This document shows, one piece after another, positions 12,317 to 24,628 of a stretch of DNA of 64,000 bases; within the stretch, counting starts at the first letter, position 1, and each line of letters begins with the position of its first letter. The position numbers were made by a program, and so were the translations under genes. This DNA comes from Mobula hypostoma (Eukaryota): the NCBI RefSeq assembly GCF_963921235.1, contig NC_086109.1:32180001-32244000 (forward strand). Direction: 5' to 3'. The notes beneath the pieces were generated by a model. It had not been told where the DNA came from, did not search any database, and was given only the letters and a program-made list of their open reading frames with translations.

Positions 12317-13474
12317 TGTTTTGTGACTCTAAATGGGCCACACAAAGACCACACTGTAGTTGTAAAAGGTCTTTATTCAGCCGAGGCATACAGTCAAGAG
12401 AAGACTTCCTCCTGGTAAATGGTCTAGTGGAATCCCTCTGAATTCAAAGTGTGCTGGGTTATATGCGCATCGAGGACCAAGATTAAAGCAGGTGACTGAA
12501 GACTACTGCAGAGTTTATTTCAATATTTTGAATGAAGACAATTTGTTCAGTTGAAATACATATTTACAAAGGAAGCACATCTCAAACGAGAATATCATCA
12601 GACACTTTAGTTGAGATAAATTAATTCACATGGATGGTCTAAAAGCTTCTTACGGCAGAACTCCAATATACTCGGAATTAATGTTAAGAGGACTAATCTC
12701 CCCAGCTAGTTCAAAGTTCAAAGTCAATTTATTATCGAATTACATATGTCACCATATACTATCAGGAGATTCATTTTCTTGCAGGCATTCACAGTAGAAT
12801 AGAGAAATACAATGGAATCAATGAAAAACTACACACAAAGACTAAAAACCAACCAGTTGTGCAAAAGATGACAAATTTTGCAATCAATCAATCAATAAAT
12901 AAATAAATACTAAGTGGTAGAGTTCTTGAAAGTAAGTCCATAGGTAGTGGAATCCATGCAGAGTTGAGATGAGTGAAGTTCAGGAACATAATGGTTGTAG
13001 GGTAATAACTGTTCCTGAACCTGGTGGTGATGGACCCAAGGCTCCTGTACCTCTTTCCTGATGGCAACAGTAAGAAGAGAGCATGGCCTGGAATGGTGGG
13101 GTCCCTACTGATGCATGCTGCTTTCTTATGGCAGGGCTCCTTGTAGATGTGCTCAATGGTGAGGAGGGCTTTACGTGTGATGGACTTGGGTGTGTGCACC
13201 GCATTCTGTAGATTTTTCTACTCATAGACATTGGTGCTTCCACACCAGGCCATGATGCAGCCAGTGAGGACACTCTGCATCTCGTTTGTCAGTGTTTTAG
13301 ACGACATGCTGAATCTGAGCAAACTTCTAAGATAGTAGATGTTTGTCGTGAAGCCAAATATCCCAGTTATTGATTTCTTACCTGAAGGTGTATGATGCCT
13401 GGTATGATACTGGCCAATGAACGTAGCCCCGCGTCCATATATTTAGCTAATGCATGCAAGAACATCTCATGTTC
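12317..13474 (-). mobile_element. Possible solo LTR interrupted by a LINE
   Basis: tgttttg...caagaaca termini; AATAAA on minus strand near 12372; TSD not clean. Confidence 0.3.
12709..13348 (-). mobile_element. Rex1/Babar-type LINE 3' end
   Basis: KKAACISRDPTIPGHALFLLLPSGKRYRSL..TTRFRNSYYP; gttcaaa-repeat tail. Confidence 0.85.
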
Positions 13475-13727
13475 TTGTCAATTTACAAACCATGCCTATT
13501 AAGCAGCCTCCTGTACTTAAATGCCAAATTTCACCACTAATTTTAATTAAGGTAATTAGCTTTCCATCATTGATTGATGATTGGACGGCAAATACAGACA
13601 TGTTTTCTAGCAGTGCATTCAAGGATTATTATAATCTGTTGATTTCTCTAGCATCAGGGGAAGATCTGTACAGCTAACAATGTGATAAAAACTACACTGG
13701 CTGCCCAAATGGTAAGCTGAATAAACA

Positions 13728-13950
13728 ACACACATCAAAGTTGCTGGTGAACGCAGCAGGCCAAGCAGCATCTGTAGGAAGAGGTGCAGTCGACGCTTCA
13801 GGCCGAGACCCTTCGTCAGGACAGACAGGGTCTCGGCTTGAAACGTCGACTGCACCTCTTCCTACAGATGCTGCCTGGCCTGCTGCATTCACCAGCAACT
13901 TTGATGTGTGTTGCTTGAATTTCCAGCATCTGCAGAATTCCTGTTGTTTG
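13728..13950 (+). mobile_element. Short fold-back (palindromic) Penelope-like insertion
   Basis: ~90-bp inverted arms plus 37-nt unpaired tail; 13-bp TSD agctgaataaaca (13715-13727 / 13951-13963). Confidence 0.9.
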
Positions 13951-15351
13951 AGCTGAATAAACAGTAGTTTTAATAGCACTCCATCACCCAAAGCAGGAGA
14001 TGAATCCACATTCGAGTGTTCTTGGTCTTTGTACCCATTCAAACAGCACTCAAACTACACAACTGCACATGTAGTCCTGCCAGTCTCTTTCACTGAATAA
14101 ATGAGGCATCAAAAGAACTCCTTTCCTTAATGAGTTTTCTGTCATGCACAATCACACTGCATCACCCCAGTGCAATGCAAGTGTACTTTACTCCACCATT
14201 CCAATTTATTCAATTTAATAGTGGTTTTGAGCATTTTTTTGCAACTAGTCCATAGTTTTCTTTCTACCTGGAGATTACTTTCAAGAAACCAAACAATTGT
14301 TAAGCATTGTACAATATCCACTAGCATTTACTGTCATTTGTACTGTATTTACCCAGACTAACTGTAAATGACAGCACAGTGTGGTTGAACCTCAATCACA
14401 AAAATCATTCTGGTACAGAATATAGATATTGATTTGTTAGCAAACATGACTACATACAGCTCTTGCACGTCCAATTTCTATTAATCGTTTTGAAGAATTA
14501 AGCTCAAAGAAACTCCTTATACGCAGCAGCTCAAAAAGACCACCACCTTCCCAGGGGCAATTAAAAATAGGAAACACCAATATCCTTTAAAAAAATAAAG
14601 TTCTAAAGTGACTGACTTAGGACCACGGTGTGATCTTGAGCATTTGTAGCTGAAATTGCTTCAAACCAGAAACTTTTACCAAGAGCAACTGAGAAGAAAA
14701 GGGAGCATGTAGGAAAAATTATCAGGCGGTTTAGGGTTAGTGACACAGAACGGAAACCATCTTGTTCTGCATTGTGGCAATTTATATGGAAGCCATACCA
14801 CTCCAATTGTTTTAACCTCTGTTGTGCATGACACAGCTGCTCTGTTAATTACATTTACCCTGTAGCAATTTAATGTAATTAATACTGATTCACTCATCAA
14901 AATATTAAACTACTCACAAATAATGATCAAAATATGTTAGAAATTAGAAGCTAGACAATTAAAATCAGAATTGTTTTAGCAAAAATAAAAACATTTTTAA
15001 AAAATCAAAGGTACAGGTACATCAGCATTTTATAAAAATTGTGTATTGTTTTTAACATTTGTTTTCATATCAAAAGCATGTTAAGAATTCAGTAACTGGC
15101 AACATTATTCAACCATCTTCCAAAATACATACTTCAACAAAAGATTCAATCAAAAAGTTAAGTGAATATTTCTTTAAATTAGCAAAACAAACTTGCACAT
15201 TTTTACATTCAGTTCATATATTAAAATGACTAAATAATATGCTGTTAAGATGTTACTTAACATTTTTCTTGGCCATACCAATTTTCATTTTTTCCTGGAC
15301 TTTTCCCTGTGCTTAGCCTATACACAAACTTTAGTCAAAAATCAGTTAACT

Positions 15352-16660
15352 AAGAATCAGAATCAGAATCAGGTTTATCACCAGCATGTGATGTGAAATT
15401 TGTTAACTTAGCAGCAGCAGTTCAATACAATGCATAATCTAGCAGAGAGAAAAAAAAATAATAAATAAAATAAAACATAATAATAATAAATAAACAAGTA
15501 AATCAATTACGTATATTGAATAATTTTTTTAAAATATGCAAACACAGAAATACCGTATATTAAAAAAAAGTGAGGTAGTGTCGAAAGCTTCAATGTCCAT
15601 TTAGGAATTGGATGGCAGAGGGGAAGAAGCTGTTCCTGAATCGCTGAGTGTGTGCCTTCAGGCTTCTGTACCTCCTACCTGATGGTAACAGTGAGAAAAG
15701 GGCATGCCCTGGGTGCCGGAGGCCCTTAATAATGGACGCTGCCTTTCTGAGATACTGCTCTCTAAAGATGTCCTGGGTACTTTGTAGGCTAGTGCCCAAG
15801 ATGGAGCTGACTAGATTTACGACCGTCTGCATCTTCTTTCGGTCCTGTGCAGCAGCCCCTGCATACCAGACAGTGATGCAGCCTGTCAGAATGCTCTCCA
15901 CAGTACAACTATAGAAGTTTTTGAGTGTATTTGTTGACATGCCAAACCTCTTCAAACTCCTAATAAAGTACAGCCGCTGTCTTACCTTCTTTATAAGTAC
16001 ATCGATATGTTGGGACTAGGTTAAATCCTCAGAGATCTTGACATCCAGGAACTTGAAGCTGCAGACTCTCTCCACTTCTGATCCCTCTATGAGGATTTGT
16101 ATATATTCCTTCGTCTTACCCTTCCTGAAGTCCACATTCAGCTCTTTTGTCTTTCTGACTTTGAGTGCCAGGTTGTTGCTGCGGCACCATTCCACTAGTT
16201 GGCATATCTCACTCCTGTACGCCCTCTTGTTACCACCTGAGATTCTACCAACAATGGTTGTATCATCAGCAAATTTATAGATGATATTTGAGCTATGCCT
16301 AGCCACACAGTTATGTGTATATAGAGAGTAGAGCAGTGGGCTAAGCACGTACCCCTAAGGTGCGTCAGTGTTGATCGTCAGCGAGGAGGATATGTTATCG
16401 CCAACCCACACAGATTGTGGTCTTCTGGTTAGGAAGTCAAGGATCCAATTGCAGAGGGAGGTACAGAGGCTCAGGTTCTGCAACTTCTCAATCAGGATTG
16501 TGGGAATGATGGTATTAAATGCTGAGCTATAGTCGATGAACAGAATCCTGACACAGGTGTTTATGTTGTCTAGGTGGTCTAAAGCCATGTGGAGAGCCAT
16601 TGAGATTGCATCTTCCATTGACTTATTGTGGCGATAGGCAAATTTTAATGGGACCAGGAC
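15352..16660 (-). mobile_element. Rex1/Babar-type LINE, 5'-truncated, RT to 3' tail, frameshifted
   Basis: [66 protein letters not shown]; (agaatc)n tail. Confidence 0.92.
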
Positions 16661-17149
16661 TTGGAAACTACAAATTCACATGAATTATGCAAGATATGGG
16701 TGAAAATCAAAATTTCCAATTTTTGATTTTAACACTCTAAGCATAGTTGATTAAGCATTAAATGAAGTGATGCTTTTACAATGTTTTGATGACCCGATTG
16801 CTTTCAAAGGTGCAAAACTTCAGGATCCCAGACCACTGTGCTAAGCACAGGGAATTCTCTAAAACAGATTAAAGGTATTGATTAATTTAGCTCCCCAAAG
16901 TTTTTATTAAATGTGGAAAAGATGATTAAGAGATAAGCCTTTTCTCTTTCACAATGGTAGTCCAATTAATCATGTCTTTTTTAATCACTGGCAATTTTAG
17001 CCTCCTGAACTCTTTTCAGCAAGGCTACAGTATTTATTTTTGTTCCTGCATATGGTACATTGTGTGAAAAACCCAGGAGTAGAATTTATTTCTCCCAACT
17101 TTAAGGAAGCCTAACTGCCTTCTACATGAAACCACATGAATTCCTTTTT

Positions 17150-17512
17150 ATCACAGGTGAGATTGCTCTGCTACCTATGGAGAGAAGAAACTGCTTTTTT
17201 ATCACTGGTGAGATCACTCTGCTACAGAGAGGGAGGATTTTGCCCAGGTTTTCTGCATTTTTTTATTGTGGGCTTTGACTGTGGACCTTTTTTTCAGTCT
17301 TACGGTTTTTTTGCATTCTGTGCTTTTTGCCAGTTCTGGGGGATTTGTGTGTTGATCTACCTGTTCCATTATAGTTCATTTTTTTGTGCGGGGAGGAGGG
17401 ATTTGGGGGTTGACGATTATGCTGCTGCTCTTTTCTTTCTTGGTGTTGTACCTATCTGGGGAAGAAGAATTTCAAAGTTGTATACTTTGATAATAAGTGA
17501 AATTTTGAACCT
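17150..17512 (+). mobile_element. Non-coding retroposon fragment with LINE-like 3' tail
   Basis: tttttgtgcggggaggaggg and gaagaagaatttcaaagttgtatactttgataataa..ttgaacctt resemble the 3' end of 47628-50932. Confidence 0.5.
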
Positions 17513-18046
17513 TAAAATATTATATAGCCACTACATACTAAACTATTGTAACCATAGATATATCATCAAGGCTTAGAAATCATACTGCATCTTAGAAATA
17601 GAGGCCCAACATTTTATGACTAAGGCAATGTGTGACAGACCTATAAACGTCTTTTTCATAAGTGCTTGTGTCACGACATTCTACCGCCATTAACACTCTT
17701 AAATGCTTGAAGTGTTCAAATGCTGTTCACTCCTAATGTGGAAAGGTTGTGGGCCCATTTTGTGGGTAATGGAGGTAGGTAGCTACTGCATCAGTTGAGG
17801 GTAACAAAAGCACCACCTCAGATGCTGGGCATCAGTGGGATGGGAATAAGATTCGTAGTGAGCTGGTGTGGCAAAATAGTGGGTGTCGTGTTCCGATGTC
17901 AGGGAATGGGAAGTTGGGATCCTTGTCATATTGGAAAAGTGGATGTCATGACAAAGGAAGATGTGGGTTAGGGAAACCAAGGAAGAGTTTGCTGAGCAAG
18001 TCTTCTAATTAAAATGAATGCATTGAAGGCTGGATCCCTGCTCTTA

Positions 18047-18789
18047 AGGCCAATTTATACTTGTGCGTCAAATCAATGTCTTAGGTACGGCATAGCCGTG
18101 TACCCTACACCGTACCCTACGCCGTAGCCTGACGCATACCTCCCCAAAAATATAATTACGCGTTGCAGCAATGCAGACCGCAACAACTGTGATTGGTCCG
18201 CTTGGTAGCATCGCATTTCCTCCTACGCTGCAATAGCTTCCCATTGGGCAACTGAAGGGCAGGGAAGGAACTCTGGCTGCAATGCTTTCCATAAAGCTTT
18301 ACAGACCTCCGAAATTATGGAGGACCCTGTGCTTGACGCCAGTTTGTAGCTAGCTGCTACAGCCTGTTGACTTCCACCTGAAGCTAAAACTCGAATGGTG
18401 ATTGCCAGTCTCTGAGTATACTGTGCGTACACTGATGTGAACTAAATGGTTGGAGACGATGAACCAAATCGTCAAATCTACCTCCCGACATCCGAAAATA
18501 TTTGAAATTCAGTTCCCTGTCCATGTCTCTCAGTGGCCGGACAAGCACAGAAAATTCACCCTCCCTCAGTTTCAGTCGCCATTGTTTGAAGTTGGAGTTT
18601 CCTTGTGTTGAGTTTCAACATGAAGAAACTCAACACAGTGGTATTGAAACCCCACCGCCAACTAGCATTTTGGCGGTGAATTGCAGAGCGATGCAGACAC
18701 ACCAATGCACAAGTATAAATGCTCACAACGGCGTAGCCCACCTGCATAGGCTACGGCGTAAGCTAGTACACGCAAGTATAAATCAGCCT
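18047..18789 (-). mobile_element. PIF/Harbinger internally deleted DNA transposon
   Basis: TIRs aggccaatttatacttgtgcgt / acacgcaagtataaatcagcct; TTA on both sides; transposase remnants [13 protein letters not shown] and [41 protein letters not shown]. Confidence 0.88.
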
Positions 18790-19209
18790 TTACTCTTTCA
18801 GAAGTGCTGTGAAAGCCAGTTCCTAAATGAATAATGCACATCATTTTCATGTCACACACAGAATATAAAGGGAATCATGGAAGTGGCATTTTGGTACACC
18901 TAACATGCCCCTGTACATGTCAAGTTGCTCTGTACCAGTGCAAAGTCACTTAAGGGCAAATTGAAAACAGAATCTGAGACCACGTAGCTCCCAGTTCCAA
19001 TTCATGGAAGTTTTTTAGTAAATTCAATCATTTAGATTTTCAAACATTACTTTACTTTTAGTTTTATTGGAAGCCATTTTATTTGTTATGGTAATGTATA
19101 TAATTTAAATATGTAAGGTTGACAATTATAACAACGCTTTCAGGGAGTTGTCTTATGCCAACATTTTGAGTTGTGACAGAAATCAATTTGATTGATCTCT
19201 GTAAGGGCT

Positions 19210-19935
19210 GAGTTTGCAAAGGAGCCAGCTTAGGAAACTTAACATTTCAGAGCAGATCCTGATGAATTTTTACTCAGCGATCCTTGAGAGTGTTGTTTGG
19301 TTTCCCGCCCACTCCTCCCATAGGCTGTCAGCACCAGACATTGCACGACCTGTTCATCGTGAAGGAAGGGCTGAAAAAATGTGACTGTTCACTCCACCAG
19401 CCCTAGCAGTCACCTATTCATCATGATGCCATCAGGGAAACACTACAAGTCCATCACCACCAGGACTATACATCATCTCTGAAACTTTCTTTCCTTTAGC
19501 TCTTCAGCTTCTCAATAAAATTCACTCAGGTGTAATATCCTAACTGTCCCTGCACAATGTTCAATAAAATGGTCTTTCCTGCTCTCCCTGTTCTGTTGAT
19601 AATTATTGATCTGTTCAGATGTTCAAAGGCTCATTCATTAACAAACTATACAACTTGAAATTCTTCTTCTCTGGGTAGCCATGAAACCAAGAAAGAAAAG
19701 AAAGGCGGCGTGATCATCATTCACATTCATTTAAGTTTGATTATTGATGATTGGACATGTGACAATTCTGCTAAATGTTGATTGCTCATGGCTGCACACA
19801 CTACTGTCTTGTAAATTTGTTGGTTACTATTGTGTTGTCCATTTTGGTATTGTCCTGTGTTTTATGCTTGGCCCCGAACCATAATCAATTCTGGTATGTT
19901 TCACACACTGGCAAAAAAGTGATTCTGATTCTGAT
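19210..19935 (+). mobile_element. Old degenerate Rex1-type LINE 3' fragment
   Basis: LRKLNISEQILMNFYSAILES and HLFIMMPSGKHYKSITTRT; gattctgattctgatt tail. Confidence 0.55.
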
Positions 19936-21134
19936 TTTGAACATGAAGTAAATAAATAAATGCCCTAGGATAAAACTCAGCTTCTGTTTTTGCATTTTAA
20001 TATTTTATAAAGCTATATGTGAAATATTAAGAAATAAAACATTCCAGCACCCCCACCCCACCCCATTTCCAACAACCTGTGAACATCACCCAAAACCAGA
20101 AAGAGTACTTCTGAATACATGAACTCCCTTTACTTATCTTGGAACACTCTCTATTTCACACATGGAGCATCTTCCACAGCAGCCATCTCGTACTTTTTCT
20201 ACGTACAGTAGAACCATCAATTACATCAATTAGGGCTAATTTAAGGGAAATTTTGCACTCTGAGTTCAGAGCTAGAATATATGGATAGATTTGCGACAAA
20301 ATGCACTGCAATCATTTTCTCCTAACACATGCTAACAAATACAAATCAAGAACTCAAAGCAATCTTATAAAGAGAAATGTGGAGCAACTATTGTCTTCTA
20401 TGTTGGATTTTAACTAAAATCTGTGCTGTAATAGAGGGATTTATTAACTCTGTTATACTGAAGGCTCCACTTAAAGGTAAATATACACATATATCTCTCT
20501 CAGCAAACAACAGGGGGCAAATCTTATTAGAAAGAACATCCCATAATATGGAGCAAAGTTATTCACGTTAAGCACAAAGAGGCGGCTTTAATTTTATACC
20601 ATTAATAAGTCAAAGTCAGAAGCACCAAAGGACAGAGTTTGTATCGTAAAACATTATAGTTTTTGTGTGCCATACAATCCACCGTCCAACTTGAATGAAA
20701 AAAATCAAACAATATTGCAAATTTGGGACCAATGAAAAGTTACACAAGATGTACAGTTCTGGGTCCTGTGTATGAGACTGAATTGCTAATCCAGTGTGGG
20801 TCCAAAGGCAGGCATTGTTGCTTGCCACCATCTCCACCCAAGGCATCTGCAGTTGTCAGGCCACTCCTGTCAAAAGCACTGAAATGTCAATTTTGTACAA
20901 TCAGATAATTACCTTCTCTTTTATTTTAGATTTCCAGGACCAAATGCATTTTTGCTCTTATTCAAGGAATGACTTATGATGAAACTGTTGTACAATATTG
21001 ATTTTAGAGCATAAAAATATGTTCAATAATTTCCTCCCCCCGCCCACCATTCTACACCTATGTTATGCTGCAAAGCAGCACAGAAACACGCAACCCTATT
21101 TTGGTGGAACTCTTCCCACGTTCAGTACAATGTA

Positions 21135-21460
21135 GCCACAGCACTGCTAGTAGTACCACTCCCTTGCAGTGCCAGTGGCCCAGGATCAATCCTAACCTCA
21201 GGTTCCCTCTGCGTGGAGTTTGTATGTTCTTGCTGTGACCATGTGGATTTCCTCCGGACACTCAGACTTCCACCCCCAACAATCCCAAAGACATGAGGGT
21301 TGGTAAGTTAATATAGGTGAGTGTAGAAGCTGGGGCAAGTAGATGAGAACGTGAGGAGGACAAAAATGGAACTAGTCAAAGATAGGTGGAAATGGAACTT
21401 TAGCATAGATTCAGAGCACCAAAGGGCACCAAAGGGCTGTTTTTTGTTTACCTCTGATTT
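21135..21460 (+). mobile_element. V-SINE-like element
   Basis: ggatcaatcct B box; gtggagtttgtatgttct...gtgaccatgtggatttcctccgga V domain. Confidence 0.7.
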
Positions 21461-21737
21461 TACAATGCTTGTTAACATGCTTACTTGTCCCTTTTGAAAT
21501 ACCCTATCAGATAACCAACATCATGAAGTTCTTCAAGAGGCTTGTCATGGCACAGATTAACTCCAGCCTCCCACACAACCTTCACTCTCCTACTGGAGAA
21601 ACAGGTCTACAGAGATATCATCTCCCTGACTTTACACTCATCTTTGGAGAATCAGGACAGCAAAGGCACCTACACTAGATTACTTCAAAGTTGCTGGTGA
21701 ACGCAGCAGGCCAGGCAGCATCTATAGGAAGAGGCGC

Positions 21738-21773
21738 AGTCGACGTTTCAGGCCGAGACCCTTCGTCAGGACT
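21738..21773 (-). ncRNA. Minimal type I hammerhead ribozyme motif (Penelope terminal repeat)
   Basis: Minus strand reads AGUC CUGACGA AGGGUCUCGGCCU GAAA C GUC GACU. Confidence 0.8.
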
Positions 21774-22654
21774 AACTGAAGGAAGAGTGAGTAAGGGATT
21801 TGAAAGCTGGAGGGGGAGGGGGAGATGCAAAATGATAGGAGAAGACAGGAGGGGGAGGGATGGAGCCGAGAGCTGGACAGGTGATAGGCAGAAGGGGATA
21901 CGAGAGGATCATGGGACAGGAGGTCTGGGAAGAAAGACGGGGGGGGGTGACCCAGAGGATGGGCAAGAGGTATATTCAGAGGGACAGAGGGAGAAAAAGG
22001 AGAGTGAGAGAAAGAATGTGTACATTAAAAAGAGTAACAGATGGGGTACGAGGGGGAGGTGGGGCCTAGCGGAAGTTAGAGAAGTCAATGTTCATGCATC
22101 AGGTTGGAGGCTACCCAGACGGAATATAAGGTGTTGTTCCTCCAACCTGAGTGTGGCTTCATCTTTACAGTAGAGGAGGCCGTGGATACGGCCTCCTCTA
22201 CTGTAAAGATTATCCACGGCCTCCTCTACTGTAAAGATTATCCACGGCCTCCTCTACTGTAAAGATGAAGCCACACTCAGGTTGGAGGAACAACACCTTA
22301 TATTCCGTCTGGGTAGCCTCCAACCTGATGGCATGAACATTGACTTCTCTAACTTCCGCTAGGCCCCACCTCCCCCTCGTACCCCATCTGTTACTCTTTT
22401 TAATGCACACATTCTTTCTCTCACTCTCCTTTTTCTCCCTCTGTCCCTCTGAATATACCTCTTGCCCATCCTCTGGGTCACCCCCCCCCGTCTTTCTTCC
22501 CGGACCTCCTGTCCCATGATCCTCTCGTATCCCCTTCTGCCTATCACCTGTCCAGCTCTCGGCTCCATCCCTCCCCCTCCTGTCTTCTCCTATCATTTTG
22601 CATCTCCCCCTCCCCCTCCAGCTTTCAAATCCCTTACTCACTCTTCCTTCAGTT

Positions 22655-22690
22655 AGTCCTGACGAAGGGTCTCGGCCTGAAACGTCGACT
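22655..22690 (+). ncRNA. Minimal type I hammerhead ribozyme motif (Penelope terminal repeat)
   Basis: Stem I AGUC/GACU, CUGACGA core, stem II AGG/CCU, GAAA, loop-less stem III ACGU; predicted cleavage after GUC (22686). Confidence 0.8.
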
Positions 22691-22924
22691 GCGCCTCTTC
22701 CTATAGATGCTGCCTGGCCTGCTGCGTTCACCAGCAACTTTGATGTATGTTGCTTGAATTTCCAGCATCTGCAGAATTCCTGTTGTTTACACTAGATTAC
22801 TGTTTATTGAATACAGCTCTCTCTTCAATGCTGTAATTCCAAGCAAACTCATCTCCAAACTCCTGGACCTAGGACTCAACACCTGCCTTGTAACTAGATT
22901 CTTGACTTCTTGAGTAATGGCCTG

Positions 22925-23849
22925 CTTCTGGTAAATGGCGACGCGTTCAGTCGCTGCAGCTTCTGCAGGGTCAACAAAAGAAGCTACTGTTGTAACTAAA
23001 TGTATTTTTAATGATCACACAATCCTGCTGAATATTAAGAACTTAAAGTACTGCAAGTTGCTTGCAGGCGGAGAAATTGAAGAAGCTGCACCATGTGCTG
23101 CTGCCTGAGTTGAAGGAGGCTTATAGTCCAATGGCAAGTGACCACCTCAGTCGCGTTTCTTGTCATCGCAAGACCCTTTTGGATATCGTCAGTGTGGAAT
23201 GCCGTAAGTTCAATTTGCTGATTTGTTGGCGGAGAGCAATGGCCTCGGTCGTAGCGAGGACAAGGCCTCAAGCCACAGTGTCACCTGTCCACAGCCACCA
23301 GAAGAGAGGCGTTGTAGCCGGCGCACTCCACTGGGGGCAGCGTGGTGCAGCATTCAGGCTGGAGCTGGTGCAGCAGAACAATGGATTCAAGGCCTGGGCA
23401 ATAAATATATATGTTTTGTGTAATTATATTTTACCAATATCCTATATGAACTTGCTATTTTGTATATGCAAGGACTAGGCCTCAAACCACGGTGTCACCT
23501 GTTTACAGCTCCCAGGGAGAGGCGTCGGTGCTGGTGTGGCACCGTGTCCAGGCTGGAGTCGATGCTGCCCCCGACCCCCACCACCAGTGTTCGTTCAGCT
23601 GAAGACAAGCTTTGTTGTAGTCATCTGCAGATTTTGGCAGTGTTGGACAGCTTGCGTTTGGTCTATTTTATAGAGTGGCTGTATCTTTCTATCTTACAGA
23701 GTAAGTGCTATGTGTGCTTTGTGCTGTGTGTGACTACTGGTGTTGTGTTTTGCACCTTGACCCCAGAGTAACATTGTCCTTTTTGGCTGTATTCATGAGT
23801 ACTCATGTATGGTCGAATGTCAATTAAACTTGAATTAAATTGAATTGAA
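22925..23849 (+). mobile_element. Non-coding retroposon (SINE-like or non-autonomous LINE derivative)
   Basis: Interrupts the Rex1 RT between ILDFL and SVRMG; starts cttctggtaaatggcg; ends (ttgaa)n; tail resembles 3960-4104; internal ~60-bp direct repeat at 23263 and 23477. Confidence 0.65.
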
Positions 23850-23894
23850 TCAGTAAGGATGGGCATTAAACCTCGACAATTATTCTCAACACTG

Positions 23895-24050
23895 TGGTAG
23901 ATATGGGTTCAATTATAACACTGAAGATAAGTTTGGTTAGGTACATAGATGGGAAGGGTTTGGAGGGATGTAGTCTGGGTTCAGGTAGGTAGGCGGAAGA
24001 TCAAGTCAGTATGGAATACTTCGGTTGAAGGGCCTGTTTCTACAGTCTGT
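23895..24050 (+). mobile_element. Short CR1-type 3' tail insertion
   Basis: aggtacatagatgggaagggtttggaggga...gaagggcctgtttct; splits the Rex1 RT between NT and GAP. Confidence 0.6.
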
Positions 24051-24628
24051 GACTGGTGCCCCATAAGGCTGCGGCCTCAGTCACCTAACTACTCCTTATA
24101 GACTCATAGCTGAGTAGCCAGGTTTATATTTAACTCCATTTTCAAGTTTGCAGATGGTACCACTGTAGTGGGCATATCTCAAATAACAATGAGCCAGAGT
24201 ACAGGAAGCAGACAGGGAGCCTAATGACATAGTATCCCCTCAATGTCAGCAGAATACAAAAGAACTGGTCACAGACTTTAAGAAGTGGGTTTGATGGGGT
24301 GCTGCATGTTCTCCTGTTTGCATTAACGGTGCTGAGAGCTTCATGGTCAAGTATGTAGATACTACAAACAAGAAAAGCTTCAGAGCAGCTCAACTTCTTC
24401 AGGAGGCTGAAGAAATTGGGCATAACACCTTTAACTCTCTACCCTATCCAGATAGAAGGCATCCTATCCAGATGCATCACAGCTCGGTACGGCAAATGTT
24501 CTGCCTCAGAACGCAAGAACATGCAGAGAGCTGTGGTCACTGATCAGCACATCATTGAAACTAGCCTCCCCTCCTTGCACTCTGACCACACTTCTCACTG
24601 CCCTGATAAAGCATCCAGCATAACCAAT

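Larger units (their letters stand above)
21685..22787 (+). mobile_element. 1.1-kb fold-back Penelope-like insertion (arms 21685-22188 and 22239-22743)
   Basis: Near-perfect inverted arms including the GIY-YIG C-terminal coding end; 44-nt unpaired tail; 14-bp TSD tacactagattact (21671-21684 / 22788-22801). Confidence 0.95.
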
